DNA of 63,585 nucleotides, the filler included, from Octopus bimaculoides (lineage: Eukaryota), in the NCBI RefSeq assembly GCF_001194135.2. It is 4 parts of 4 records of this genome, joined end to end, with 100 filler letters (N's around TTAATTAATTAA, not from the genome) between each part and the next. Parts side by side here need not be neighbours in the genome. Positions count along the whole stretch, not along the records: positions 17,991 to 43,222 come from NC_068989.1; 3 more parts are not named here. One strand, given 5' to 3'. The stretch's first letter is position 1. Every line of letters begins with the position of its first letter. This document shows, piece by piece, positions 23,421-37,153 of this stretch. Below the pieces are notes generated by a model. That model was not told the origin of the DNA and did not search any database. It saw nothing but the letters and a program-made list of their open reading frames with translations. A program made the position numbers and the translations under genes.

Positions 23421-24093
23421 CTATGATAACCTAATCAGTTATGCTATGATTCTTGAAGGCAGTGAATTGCTAAAGTCACTAGAACTTTGAATAGAATACA
23501 TTGGATGGAGTACTCCATGCTACTTGTTCTGCCTCTCAAAGACCTTGAGTTCAAATTCTGTCATGTTCGACACTACCTTTCAGTGTGTATATGTGTGTGT
23601 GTGAATGTTTAAAAAAGGTTTATTTGGACTACAGGTACAGGTTGTGACATCATAGCTTGTGACCATAATTTGTGGCTGGGTTGTGGCCAGTGATGATAGT
23701 TGACCTTTACAGAGAGAAAATCATCTACACTTTTGAATTCCACTAGAATCAAAAATGCCTTATTTGAAAAACAGATCTTAAAGAAATAAATGAACAATTG
23801 TTGTAAAGTAAAAAATTACCTTACTGTTCTCTCTTCTCAAATTAAATTCTACGAATAAATTTCTTTGTTTTTATTCCAGCTGTTCTGTTTTGATATCACA
23901 AAATAATTGTCTAAGTACTTTCAGAAAAATCAGCCTGCTCTTTTCTGCTTTAATTTGGTGCTTATATTGTCCATCATTTTCATTGAAAATCTTAGCAATT
24001 AATTCATATAAAATTATTTCTTAGCAATTTAATCTTATTTATTGTTTTTATTCAGATTTAACTTTTGCTAATATTTCAATTCATTTTAAACAG

Positions 24094-24224
24094 AAAGAAA
24101 GGATCTAAGGAGAGAAATTGAAGATGAATATAGCAACATTCTTGATGAAAACAATCGAAGAATTGACGACATCAGAAAAACCTATGCTGAACGTTTAAAG
24201 GAGGCAGAAGAACTAGCACATCAA
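24094..24224 (+). CDS. KIF28: Kinesin exon: coiled coil (E)RKDLRREIEDEYSNILDENNRRIDDIRKTYAERLKEAEELAHQ
   Basis: taaacag| ... |gtaagt. Phase 1 to 0. Confidence 0.9.
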
Positions 24225-25059
24225 GTAAGTATATTCTGGATTGATAAAACCATCAGAGTGGCAGACAAAATACTTGTAGCATATGACTCTGTAGGTTTTG
24301 AGTTCAAATATTGCTGAGATTAGCTTTGTCTGTCGTTGTTTCCAAAGTCGATAAAAGTACCAGTCAAGTACTAATGTTGGTTTGTATTCTTATAGTACAT
24401 CCTGAGAGTGAATAAAATTATTGTAGAAAGATTTTAAGCAGCAGACTAGTGTTTTTTTTCCCTTGCTCTTATTTTAAATTGCCTAATTAGTGAATGCTAA
24501 CTTTTGTATTCTCTTTCATTCTAAGCTAATAAATATTGTGTTGATAAGGCTGTCTCACTGAGGAAGGTCTAATTAGGTCAAAACATTTTGAGAGTTGTCA
24601 TAGGACTTAATACAGATTAGAATCACTTTTTGCTGTATGAACCCATTCAATTCCTAATCACATTGGATTTAAGTCTTGCCTCCTGAGCTTTTATTAACAG
24701 AAATTGTCATTAATGCTAATGATTTTGACAGATGTCATTTTTGTTGATTAAAATATTGTTTGGGATTACTATGTTAAGAATGTTAGCCTTCACTCTTCCA
24801 CTGAATTAACTTTATAGTTATGTAGTTAATACTTTATAGATTGTTCACTTTTTTTTTTACAAATAATTTAATGGATTTTGATTATAGGATCAATGTTTCT
24901 TGAAAATTTACTGTAAATCTCTCTAATGCTTACAATGGAATAAACCTAATAATATTACCTATTATAAAGAGTAATTGTTTTAAAGCATATTTAAATGTAT
25001 GTGTTAGATTAATTTATGACTGTAATCATTTCTCTTCTAATTATATATATTGGAGTTTG

Positions 25060-25137
25060 GTGTTTGATCCAACCCATGCCAGCATGGAAGGTGGACATTA
25101 AACAATGATGACGATGATGATGATGATGATGATGATG
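25060..25137 (+). mobile_element. RTE-type 3' tail with (GAT)n
   Basis: CCAACCCATGCCAGCATGGAA..GGACATTAAAC-(GAT)n, same as 59100-59165. Confidence 0.7.
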
Positions 25138-25231
25138 TTTGTGTGTATGTATGTGTGATGCAATGATAAATAATTACATTGTAAAAATAAAGTAAAATTG
25201 TGCAGTAAATATAAACAATTCTTTTTATTAG

Positions 25232-25398
25232 CCAGCTGAAAAGAGAAAGGCCATTGAACAGAAGAAAAAAACAATTCCTTATATTTATAATTTAAATATG
25301 GATCCACAGTTGACTGGACATGTCTTTTATTTTTTTGAGAATTCTCCTATTTCTGTTGGTAAAGATGTAGAAAATGCAATATGCTTAAAAGGCCCAAG
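25232..25398 (+). CDS. KIF28: Kinesin exon: pre-FHA and FHA start PAEKRKAIEQKKKTIPYIYNLNMDPQLTGHVFYFFENSPISVGKDVENAICLKGP
   Basis: ttattag| ... |gtgagt. Kinesin-3 P..NLN.DP.L motif. Phase 0 to 2. Absent from the ORF track. Confidence 0.92.
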
Positions 25399-25559
25399 GT
25401 GAGTTAATTACAAATTTTAAACTTGGGAGAAGAGATCAAGAAATATATTTCTGTTTCTCAGGTAGAATAGTAACTGAAATGCAAAATGTTACCCTTGACT
25501 TTGTACTGTCCTAGTGTAGATTCTTCTTATTGCTGATTAAGCTATTTTGGTCTTGACTG

Positions 25560-25592
<33 letters not shown>

Positions 25593-25794
25593 CCTTTCTA
25601 CAAAAGAAATTTTGTAGGAGGGGACTAGTCAATTACATTGACCCCAGTGTTTTACTGGTACCTAATTTATTGACCCTGAAAGGATGAAAGGCAAAGTTGA
25701 CCTTGGCGGAATTTGAACTCAGAACATAAGCATTTTGCTTGGTGTGCTAAGTATTTTGCCCATTGTGCCAACGATTCAGCCAGCTCACCACCTT
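25593..25794 (-). mobile_element. tRNA-head SINE, family A, between (TAA)n tracts
   Basis: Homologous to 4527-4750. (TAA)n at 25560-25592 and 25797-25826. Confidence 0.85.
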
Positions 25795-25955
25795 CACTAA
25801 TAATAATAATAATAATAATAATAATTATGATTTCTTTATTGACTACAAAGAGTTTACATTAAGGAAAACATTATGGACAGTACAGGACAACACAAAAAAA
25901 ATGTGTGTATGTGTGTGTGAGTGTGTGTTATTGTGAGGGTTTTGCATTTAATGTA

Positions 25956-26250
25956 TGAGGTGATATCAAAATGTTCTCGGCACATGGTTGTGTGCGCAGG
26001 GAGAGCTAGCAGTGACCTTCATGTGGCAATGAGCTGAATGATATCACTGTGTTTACTTCAAAATTTATGAAATTTGTGTCTTTGTGATTACATGTATGCT
26101 GTAGTCTGTGACTTTTGTCATGAACAGGAAGTTGGAACAAAGAGCCAATGTCAAATCTTGCGTTAAACTTGGGAAGTCTGCTACAGAGACATTGAACATG
26201 TTTCGTCAAGTTTATGGTGACAAGGTAATGGGTTGCATGCAATGTTTCAA
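25956..26250 (+). mobile_element. Mariner 5' fragment
   Basis: TIR-like TGAGGTGATATCAAAA and HTH LEQRANVKSCVKLGKSATETLNMFRQVYGD...CFKWY. Confidence 0.85.
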
Positions 26251-26317
26251 GTGGTATGGGCACACAACAGTCACAGCCCAATCAAGAGCATGTTCATTGT
26301 TTTTGTCATGTATATAT

Positions 26318-26518
26318 GTTGGCACTCCGTCACTTACGACGTCGAGGGTTCCAGTTGATCCGATCAACGGAACAGCCTGCACAAGTGGCTGAGCACTCCA
26401 CAGACACGTGTACCCTTTACGTAGTTCTCGGGGATATTCAGTGTGACACAGAGTGACAAGGCTGACCCTTTGAATTACAGGCACAACAGAAATAGGAAGA
26501 AAGAGTGAGAGAAAGTTA
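26318..26518 (+). mobile_element. GC-rich structured repeat, probably the 5' end of an RTE-related retroelement
   Basis: Strong hairpin GTTCC-a-GTTGATC-c-GATCAAC-GGAAC at 26348-26373. It lies just after the break in the mariner frame. Family assignment is inferred. Confidence 0.4.
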
Positions 26519-26620
26519 TTTCACATTTCTCAGGTCCGCTCAACAGGCAAATATGAGCAGTATCTGGAAATTTTCAAGAGGAAACTTGAGCATTGGTTAT
26601 TTGCATGCATGCACACTTAC

Positions 26621-26805
26621 TTTTTACTCTTTTACTTGTTTCAGTCATTTGACTGCGGCCATGCTGGAGCACCACCTTTAGTCGAGCAAATCGACCCCAG
26701 GACTTATTCTTTGTAAGCCTAGTACTTATTCTATCGGTCTCTTTTGCCCAGCCGCTAAGTTACGGGAACGTAAACACTCCAGCATCGGTTGTCAAGCGAT
26801 GTTGA

Positions 26806-26858
<53 letters not shown>

Positions 26859-26997
26859 TATATACGACGGGCTTCTTTCAGTTTCTGTCTACCAAATCCA
26901 CTCACAAGACACTTGCCCAAGGTGCCACGCAGTGGGACTGAACCCAGAACCATGTGATTGGTAAGCAAGCTACTTACCACACAACTACTCCTACACC
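26621..26997 (-). mobile_element. SINE family B, near full length
   Basis: Reverse complement of the 17366-17780 family. Confidence 0.9.
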
Positions 26998-27823
26998 AAA
27001 GAAAGAATAAATTGCTTTGAAGCAAATTATTGTACACACCTTCAGCAAAAACCTGAAGGAATATTGATTACAGTAATGATAATTATTGTTGTATTTGGGG
27101 ATGGTCATATTGCCAGTTTAGCCAATAAATCATACACAGAGTAATAATAATATTTTCAGTAAAATAGCTTACTAAAAAAGAAGTCAGTTATTTGATCTAA
27201 TATGTAATTTTTAATCCATCTCTAGATGCATTTTTTTATGCAGCAACTTTCAATTTTTCATGTTTTCAATTTTCTGGCATTCAGAATCTGTAAGAGAAAA
27301 ACTGAATTTTAAATGATTTAAAAGTTTTCTTTTTTTTTTTATTAATTACAAACAGTATTCTTTTAAAATCAACATCCATTTAGTGTTAGATTTGCAGCTG
27401 TGGTAGTTTTCATTTTGTTTGTAAATATTTTTTCAATGAATTTCACCAACTGTTATTCAGCGATTCACATAGCCATTCCTCAGACAGTTGTCTGGTATAA
27501 ATTTGTCTGTGTGTGTGTGTGTGTGTGTATGTGTGTAAATGCTTGAATTCCTCTTATAAGTATTTGTGTATGATTTATATAATAGTTTGTAGGGTACCAA
27601 TGTAAAAGTTAATGTTGGTATTTTGTAGAGAAAGGAGAGAAGAAAAATGGAGGCACTTTTAAAGGGATAATTAATGAGTCTTCTGTGAGATATAAGCATA
27701 TATTTCAGCATTTCTACAAATTATAATGAGCCACAACTATCCAGAGAGAATGTTCTATGAAAAATATTAAGTCAGAGGAATAACTAAAATACCTTTGGTA
27801 AACATGTTCACAGCATATGATTA

Positions 27824-27860
<37 letters not shown>

Positions 27861-28811
27861 CGCCTAATCCTAATCAGTTTCTGATTAAGGTTAGAGGATT
27901 TACCACATATTTTAGCTTGTTTTAACAAACAACTCTTGGTATTTGTTGCAAGTTGTTGTTGTGATGACACAATAGTAATGATGGTTGCTTTTAACTGTCA
28001 TTGCAAAGGCCAGAAGGAAAACGTTCTGTTTCAAATGCTGCACACCAACTGTTATTGTCTAATTTTATAATAGCCATTAGAGAGAAAAGTCATGAACTGA
28101 AGGATCAAGCCGACACATTTGACTGCTAGATTTAGCCCAAACAAATGAACGTTTGTGGACAAAAAGTAATGTGAAAACAGAAGTTAGCAGATGTGCCAAA
28201 ATTTCCAGTCAGTGAAACAAGAAGCCAGTTTGTGAATCAGTCCCAAATTCTTATTACTCAACAATATGCTGCCACACACACACACACACACACTCTCTCT
28301 CTTTTTCTCTCTCACTCACTCCCTCTTTCACTCTCTCTCACACTCTCACACTCACTCTCTCTTTCACTCTTTCTCTCACATACATACACACAAATATATT
28401 TACATACACAGTAGCCTACAATACCTTTAATGCCAGGTTAATTAAATGCTATGTCAATTTAACTTGTAACAACTTCATGAAAAATTATCCAAAGTGTATG
28501 AAATTTTGCCTATAAATTTTGGAAGTATCCTTTCTTGTAGTTAGCATCATGGCTTTCCCTTCATTAGACATAGATTTGACTAAATATCAATAGTACACTG
28601 ATCCATGTTTATTTACTCTTTTATCAGATTTAATTTTTAACTAACTTGCTTGTAGCCTTCTATCAAAATGCTCCCATTTGTGATCTTTTAGATTAAGTTT
28701 TCCCAATAAGTCCTTGTCAACAACATTTTTTGCATCTCTTCCATATTTCATATCTTCTCATCTCCTCTCACTCATCTCTCTAACATCTATCTATTGCTTT
28801 CCTTCTCCTCA

Positions 28812-30718
28812 GGACCAGATGTAAACCATGGGGGGCCCAGGGCACTTCAAGTTTGGTGGGCCCCTTATACACAAGAATTAAAATCTTAGAAAATTATAAA
28901 ATTTGAATCTCAAACCACATCTATTTCACATAAGGGAATTTGACGAGTTAGCAGAGTAAGTTTAAATAAATGACTGAAAATGTCACTTTATAGATACACT
29001 TCAAAATTCAAATTTCGTTTTTCACACATCCACTTGAGGTGTTTGTCTTTTCCTTCATTGTGAAAACTATAAAGAAGTGGGGAAGAAGGAGTAAGATTTT
29101 TTTTTCTTTTAATGTGAGTTACAAATGTTTCAGAAACATAGAATAAGATAAAATGGCAGAAAATTACAAAAAAAAAAAAAAAAAAATCATTTTTGTGGTT
29201 GTTGCTGTTCCAAAGGCATGATGTTTGTGTGTGTGTGGAGACACCAACTTTTAAAAGACGTATTTTAAAAATTCTTCTTTTAAAACAGCTTCCCTTCATT
29301 GTTTTACAATGTGTGAAAAAAAAGTGGATGGAAATCCCAACAAAAATGGGAAAATTCAAGCAGCTATTTCCAGTTTCCAGTAGGGGTAGGTGAGGTACAA
29401 TGAGTAATATTTACTCCATTTTTGATTTTGAAGAAAAAATATTTTTTACAAATGTTCACTACCTTGCCAAAACTACATCAGCTAAGTTAAGACCGTCTCT
29501 AAATGCAGTCTTACTGGATATAACATGTTCAGAACACTATTTCAGAAAATTATTACTGTTCTCTTTGAGCATATCGAAGACAAATTTGCAGGGGGGTGTA
29601 AACCGAGTAAGACAAAATAAAGTCAACTTGCCTTTCCAGTTCTGCAGAATTACATTTGAAAAAAGATTCATACACATAAACTTCTATCCTGAGATATCAG
29701 AAAAATCAGAAATGCAACAAAAATTTTAAATATCTGGGTCAAATGAAAGAGGATCATGGGAAAATAGCACATGATATGAAATTAATGAAACCCAACTAAA
29801 TCTAAAAACTCAACATGAAATTTTCTCAATAGCTTCTTCACAATCTGCTGGAGTAGCTTTCTTCCATATATATTTATGTACCATGTTGAGAAGTAGTTAC
29901 TAAAATTTATCATTACTCATTTTGCCCCAATTTAGACTTTTTTTTTTACAAGCTAGAAAATTATCAAATTAGATATTAGTTTGGAAGAAAATCGATGTGG
30001 AATCAAGCAGGTTAAACACCAAAAGTTATCTAGATATTTTATGAGCAACCTTAATTACAATTGGGTCAAATTTGAAGAAAAATTTCTTGAAAAAAAAAAA
30101 AGGTACCTGTCACCTGTTTTAAACTCTTGACTTCACTAACAACTACATAAAGTATACAGACTAATTTTTACTCCCAAAGATAATGCAATGGTACAAAATG
30201 GGGATGCAATAATTGCAATGTAATGGTTTCAAACAGGTAGGAAGAAAATAACAAAAAATCAGAAATTATTCATTTTGACCCAGTTACCAATTTTGCCCCG
30301 CTTCCATGTAGTGATTTCAAGAGCTTGACTGAATGATGAAAAATATAGGAAAATATAAGAAAGAAAGAAGTTTGATTTAATGAAAAACATTTGAGTATAT
30401 ATGCAATAATTCTAAAAAAAAGAATACTTTTAGCTGTTGAGAAATGTAATTTTATAATTAAAACTAAATTCAAAATTTTTAGAACATTTCTATACTTACT
30501 TGTTTCATAAAATAAGATCAGTTTTCAATGCCTTACTGAAAAAAGTTTAGAAGTAGAAATGTGTGTGTGTGTTTGTGTGTGCCTTTAACTATGATTGGTC
30601 AAATCAAGGTCATGAATCCTGTACGGAGGGCTATATGCCCTTAATAACAGGGCCCCCCCACCCAGTATCAACAAATGCCTAGGGCAATTGCCCCCTCAAC
30701 ACCCCTATAAATCTGGCC
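28812..30718. mobile_element. Possible old non-autonomous DNA element
   Basis: Imperfect inverted ends (GGACCAGATGTAAA vs reverse complement GGCCAGATTTATA) with GGGCCC-rich subtermini. No coding remnant recognised. Confidence 0.3.
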
Positions 30719-31719
30719 ATACCTCTCCCCCACTACCCCTCTCTTCAATTCAATGTATTATACTGTTGGTGTAACTAAATTCAGTAGTACTTGGTTACTC
30801 CCTATTACTTCCCTTCTGTATTGCCTAGCTCTCCCAATTATTTACACTGTTGTCCACATTTACCACTAGCCATCACTCACACTATCCTTTCATTCCAATC
30901 ATTTCTGCCGTTGTACAATCGCTACCTCAACTCTACTATCCTGATTCTTCTGTTAACATTCTCACATCTATTCACACACTTGGTCACTTGATTTGAGTGA
31001 ATGACCATATGACAAAGCATTGAGGACTCTTTAGTCTTACTGAATACAAAAACATCTAACTGATATTCCTGTTATCTATTTTAGTTTTCCATGCTTAAAT
31101 AAAATTGAATAATTTCTGCTGCACTTCCTGTAACTACAGGTTGCAATTTCCATCCCTCTTACAAGTTTATTAGTCATTTGTTTCCAAAGCAGTTCCTTTT
31201 CCTCAATATTTATCATAACCAATAAAATCACCAACTTCAAAAATTTTATTTTGTGTTTTAGCTACTGCACTATTACTGACATTTATTATACTTTCCCTGA
31301 CAACTTCAATATGGATTCCAGATCAATTTATAAACCTGCAGAATCACCCACAAACATTTCTGTCAGTTTCCCTTTTTGTTTCATTTTCTCCTTTATGTTT
31401 CCTTTGAATTGTTGCAAACAGGTAAAAAATGTACTTTATATTACAATAAATCAAGTTTTTATATGCTGTAGTTGAATTTTGGTGGCAATGTTTCAGCTGA
31501 ATAAAATTGAGAATGGCAGTATTTGAACACAATAATTAGAGTATTCTTGTAAATTTAAGGTACTAACATTCTAATTGATTTGTTACTAAATTTTCTATAT
31601 TTGTCGAGTACCATATTAGAAAGCAGTAAATTCATATTTTTGTTTAACCTGAAATTAAACACAGGTTCATATTAACTAATATTTTCTATACTCATCTTTC
31701 ATGTTCTTTTCTTAATTAG

Positions 31720-31851
31720 CATTGCTGGAAAACATGCTTCTATATGTCAAAATAAAAATGACTGGACTATTGAACCAACAGACAGCAATGTTCGACTGCT
31801 TGTAAATGGTGTGCAAGTTACCAGCAAGACTATTTTACATCACAATGATCG
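31720..31851 (+). CDS. KIF28: Kinesin exon: FHA core (S)IAGKHASICQNKNDWTIEPTDSNVRLLVNGVQVTSKTILHHND(R)
   Basis: ttaattag| ... |gtaaat. FHA H-A, VNG and L.HNDR motifs. Phase 2 to 2. Confidence 0.93.
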
Positions 31852-33099
31852 GTAAATTTTAAGAATTCTGTCTCCAGAAAAAAATTTGAAAATTTGAATT
31901 AAGTTTTCTAATTTAACCTAAATCTAAACTGTAACTCGTGTATTTTCTCATTTTCAGTTGATATGTCAGGTTTAAATGATCTAAAAAAGAGAAAGATATA
32001 TTTTGGTTTCTTTCAAAATAATCAAAGGCTTGAAGATAGAAATCAGTAACTCTAAAAATGTGCAAATATACAAATTTACCAACTTATTCAATTGATTTCA
32101 GCTCTGATTGTCGAAGATTGACAATATAAGAGTTTTAATGTTTATATAATTATCAAATTGAAACAATTATAATTTGGCTGCTTTGGCTACACATGTTTAC
32201 AGCTGTTATCTATAATCTCCATCACATGTGGTTGTATCTCTCATGACTCTCAAGCAATTATTTTATTATTAGCCATGGTTTTAATTATATTGGAATTCTT
32301 TGAGGAAACACTGTCTATGAAAGAACCACAAATGTCAGTTGGTAGACTCATTAGAGCATTTGACAAAATTCCTTGTAGTATTTAGTTACGACCTTCTATG
32401 TTTTTAGTTCAAATATTACAGAAGCCAGCTTTGCCTTTCATCCTTCTGGGGTTGATTAAATAAAGAGCCAGGCAAGTACTGAACTTGACTATGCTCTATT
32501 TCCAAAGTTTTTAACTTTGTGCCAATGTTATAGCTCCCAATGTAATAGTTACTTATATCTGAACATAGTGTTTGGTGGAAATTCAGTCATCTGCATTGTG
32601 CAATTTTCAGCAATTGGATAAGAACTGTTTATAAGATAACTTACTGACCTCTCTAATAACAAAATAGATATGTTTGTTTAATATATCAGTTGGAGTGAAA
32701 GCAATTTACAATCTCCACCAGAATGCTTGGTAGATTCAGAAATAAGTATCATGTCATGAAATATTGATTTCTAATATTAGCACCAAGTCACAAATTTTGG
32801 AGGCAGAGTATAGTCAAGAGTAAACTAACCCCAGTACTTAACTGGTTCTCTATTTTATTGACAACAAAATGGTGAATAGCAAGGTTGACTTCTGGAAGAT
32901 CTGGTATATCAACTAGAATTTTTTCAATCTTTTAGTTGGAAGGGAAAGCAGTGATCTGGTTTATTTACAGAGCTTCTGAGAGTAGTAGGAGGTGGGAAGG
33001 AAAGTATCCTCAAATCAGAGATCTGGCTTAAATGTTTGTGATTGCATGGATCTGCTAAAGGCATCCAAGGCTAGGTGGTAGTGTTAAACTGGGTGATAG

Positions 33100-33330
33100 A
33101 TTGAGTTTACCACCCAGCCTATGACAAGGTTTGAACTCAGATTGCAAAAAAATTGGACAAATTCTGCAGAGTAATCTATCACTCTGGATTGGTACTTTTT
33201 AAAATCAATTTCCAGAGGGGTGAAAGGCAAAGCTTACTTGGCAGAATTTGAACTCAGAGCACAAAAAGTCATGACATATACCATGTGGCATTTTATTTAA
33301 CACTCTAATAATTCAGCCACTTCACTGCCT
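33100..33330 (-). mobile_element. SINE family A, degenerate
   Basis: tgaaaggcaaagcttacttggcagaatttgaactcag matches family A. Confidence 0.55.
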
Positions 33331-33824
33331 ATATCAACTTGTATTCAATAGAACCAATATACATTCTCACTCTGGTTTTATATTATCCACTCTTGACTAA
33401 ATATACAACACTGGCAGTTGTCGGGATGACTAATGAAAAACAAGAATTTCATTAAATATAATTCTGGTAAGACAATTCATGAATTGGTTAAATGTATTAT
33501 ATACTAAGGTTATATTCCACAAAGAAACAGAGATCATAAGCTAGTTTTAGTATCCAGAAGAAAATATATTTCTAAAAATGTTACCTCTCACCATTCAGTT
33601 ACAAAATTGCAAATTCTTGTTAATTTTCTTAACCAATGCTAAACACTTTTAATGGTTTAATCTACGATTACAGGGAACACTATGAAACAATACTAAATAA
33701 AACTTTGAACTCATCTAACTGATTTTGTTTTCAGTTACTTTGTACTTTATTGTCAAATGATTTATCTTTCCTCTTCTAATGCAGTTTTTGAAAACCATTG
33801 CATTGCTTGTAATTTTTTCTCCAG

Positions 33825-33958
33825 AATAGTTTTTGGTACAACACAATATTATGTTATGGTACAACCAAAAAGGTCAGCACGGGACAAGACAGCTTATCCA
33901 GTTATAACATTTGCAATGGCCCAGAAAGAAATTGGCATTCATTCTGGAATAGATATGA
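33825..33958 (+). CDS. KIF28: Kinesin exon: FHA end IVFGTTQYYVMVQPKRSARDKTAYPVITFAMAQKEIGIHSGIDM
   Basis: ttctccag| ... |gtaaat. Phase 2 to 1. Confidence 0.92.
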
Positions 33959-34098
33959 GTAAATGAAAAATTTTCTTAAATTTGTTAATTTTACTAAATA
34001 GAGACAATTTTCTAATTCATTTCTTACTGGTTTTAATAATCATACTTTGACCCATTGATTATAGATTCCAAATCCTCTACCAGGTTATGGAAGTTATA

Positions 34099-34560
34099 TG
34101 AGGTGGTATCAAAAGGTTTCTGGACTATTCATGTTTAATAAAAAATAACTTATTTACCAAAGTTTTAACATCATCTCCTTTGAAATACCACCTTGTGCAG
34201 CAATGCATTGGTCCCAGCATTCCTACCACTTTTAGAATCCGGCCTGGAAGTTGTTTTCTGTAAGCAAGTTGAGTATCTTCTGCAATTCACTCTGGATCTC
34301 AACAACGGTATTAAAATGACAACCTTTGAGCTGCGTTTTCATCTTGGGGAAGAGATAGAAGTCCACGTGTGCTAAATCTGGTGATTAGGGCTGGTGTGTG
34401 GAAGCGATACAATGTTGTATTTGGCAAGAAACTCACAAGTGAGGAGAGCTTGGTTACAGGGTAGATTATTGTTGGGAAGAATCCAATTCTTTGCACTCCA
34501 CAATTCTGGTTGCTTTCACTGATTGTCCTCCCTCAAATGCTTCAAAACGTTGCAGTAGAA
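34099..34560 (-). mobile_element. Mariner 3' fragment
   Basis: TIR-like TGAGGTGGTATCAAAAGG. Minus strand reads ECWDQCIAAQG and QPELWSAKNWIL. Confidence 0.75.
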
Positions 34561-34942
34561 ATAAGTTAGGAGAAAATTAGAGCTCTTGAAAGAGGAGTCC
34601 TCAAAAACTGATGCACCCAGTGCATCTTACAAGGAATTAATCTCAGCTTTTGTGTCTCTTTACTGAAAAATTCTTTCTTCAGTATGTATTTTATTTACTT
34701 GAAGATATTTTTATCTAGGTTAAACTGATCATATTGTCATAGTAAATTAAAAACTAAACTATTTGACAGAGTAGGTGTCATATTTGAAAGTGAATGTTCT
34801 CAAGGTATTTGAGGTTTCTCTATAAAGATTCCTTATATAAAATATGTTGATGGTATGCAGAGAATAATTATTTATCTTGAGTTTAAACATAACACTTAAA
34901 ATTCTTAAATCTAACAACACACACTATTGCTCCTATTCACAG

Positions 34943-35061
34943 ATACTTTACTGGAAGAAGATTTGCTTGAGATGCTACCAGCCATTGAAGAAGTTAATGC
35001 CATCAGTAAAGAGCTTGATGCAAAGAAAGTGTTTTCTTTAATGCTTAACAATCAATCTGAG
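34943..35061 (+). CDS. KIF28: Kinesin exon TLLEEDLLEMLPAIEEVNAISKELDAKKVFSLMLNNQSE
   Basis: attcacag| ... |gtgaga. Kinesin-3 EEANAIS.EL.KK-type motif. Phase 1 to 0. Confidence 0.92.
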
Positions 35062-36764
35062 GTGAGACATTTATTTTCACAAATGAATCATTTATTTCTA
35101 TTTGAATATTATGGACATATAGGCCATAATTGTTTTATTTGTAATTCACAAGAGTGAAATATCTTTAGAATGTAATGTAAAGTTGTTAAATAACTCCTGA
35201 TAATCAATGAATCATGTTGATTTGTATTTTAGCTGTAGTCATTCTACTTTTGCTTTGAAGCTTGTTGGTTTAATATTTAGGATGTAAACTTGTGATACTG
35301 GTGATATTGACAGGTTGGAGTTTGTTAAAGAATAATTGAGTTTTATATTGATCAGATCAAGCATCACAATCAGACAACCAATGAAGCATTAGAAACATTA
35401 TTGGGTGGTGGGTGTTAAGATCTGATGAAGTGGAAATATTTCAAGAAGAATTTACACTAACAGTATAACTGTAGGAAAATAATTCAGGGAGAATTCTGCA
35501 TGTATAAATACAAATATATTAGACTCTCATCAGAGTAATTTAAATTATTCAACAGATTAGGAAATACTCCTTCTGTGGGTGTTTAATGGAGATAACTCCA
35601 ATAAGATCAGCTGATTGAAAGTTTTAAACGATATAGGCAATGCTTCACAATTTATATGATCAAATAAAACTAGAAAAAGAAATCTCTTACATTAGAATTC
35701 ACATTCACACTGTTTATTTAAATAGAATTCAAAAATTAATATCTTTAGAAATGTCTATTGTTTCTTCATGTAACAAGTTTCACATGAAGGCAGATTATAT
35801 TTTTACCCCTTCATTTTTCTATATTTATTTGTTAATATATTTTTCATTTAATATCATTAATTTTTGTTTGTGTTTTTTTAACTGCATACCAATTATAATG
35901 TATGCAGTTATTTTTCTTTCAGCTTTTAACTCTATTCTGATTAATTCTCTCATCTCTTTATTTAATGTGAATTTATCAAATTAGCATTTTCATATCATAA
36001 AATTGTTGATCTGTCCTTCATAATATAGAAAACTCTTCATTTTTTTTCATAAAATAATTGAAATGTTTTCTTGTCATTTGAAAATATTTTAAAGCTGTTA
36101 TATAGTTATTGGTCATACAATGTTCATGAAAACTATGTGCACAGCCCTTCTTCCATATGAAAATACTGAAAAAAAAATAAATTACATAAATCCTGTCTTC
36201 CTGAGTCATTTGAAATTAAGTAATCCTAATAATATAAGAAGGTTATTTTTGAGTAACCTCTACAATCTCTATTCAACAAACTCAATAACAGAGATATATG
36301 AAACACCAGGTAGCATTATTACAAATATCATCATCATCTGTCTTCCAGTTAGATAGCTCAAGAGGATCTAATAGGTTGGAAGACTGCTTTGTGTTCCAAT
36401 ATTTGCTTTGGCATGTTTTCTACAACTGGATGCCCTTCCTAATAACAATAACTTTACAGAGTGTGCCGGGAGCACATTTTGTGGTACCAGCACTAATGAT
36501 GTTATGTAGTTCACAAGACTGGGATTCCCATTGACTGAGTAGGATACAGTAGGGAGGGAGGCAGGCAGCTTCATGCTTGTTGATGAAGGGGCGATGATAC
36601 CTTATCATATTATACAAGAATGGGTAGGAGTAATTGGTGTGGAGCTGGAAAGAGAGATAAAGATCGTGGTGTCAGGGTGGGCCTTGAGGGAAAACAGGTT
36701 CAGGAAACTTCTCTGGCATTGTTATATATGTGCATGCAGTCTGGATGTTGCAAATGAATGGATA

Positions 36765-37153
36765 GGCACAGGACTAGTTGTGTGGTAAGAAGCTTGCTTC
36801 CCAACCACATTGTTCTGGGTTCAATCCCACTGCATGGCACTTTGATCAAGTGTCTTCTACTATAGCCTCAGGCCAACCAAAGTCATGTGAGTGGATTTTG
36901 TAGACGGAAACTGAGCAAAGCCTGTTGTATGCAGATGTATATATATGTATGTATTTGTGTGTCTGTGTTTGTCCCACCACCATCACTTGACAACCGATGT
37001 TGGTGTGTTTACATTTCCATAACTTAGCAGTTTGGCAAAAGAGACTGATAGAATAAGTACAAGGCTTACAAAGAATAAGTTCCAGGGTCGATTTGTTCAA
37101 CTAAAGGTGGTGTTCCAGCATGGCCACAGTTAAATGACTGAAACAAGTAAAAG
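36765..37153 (+). mobile_element. SINE family B, full length
   Basis: Homologous to 17366-17780. Confidence 0.9.

Noticed and set aside
32555-32610. LNIVFGGNSVICIV resembling the kinesin LGGNS motif
   Set aside because: Wrong position (after the FHA exon), followed by a stop, and no suitable splice sites.
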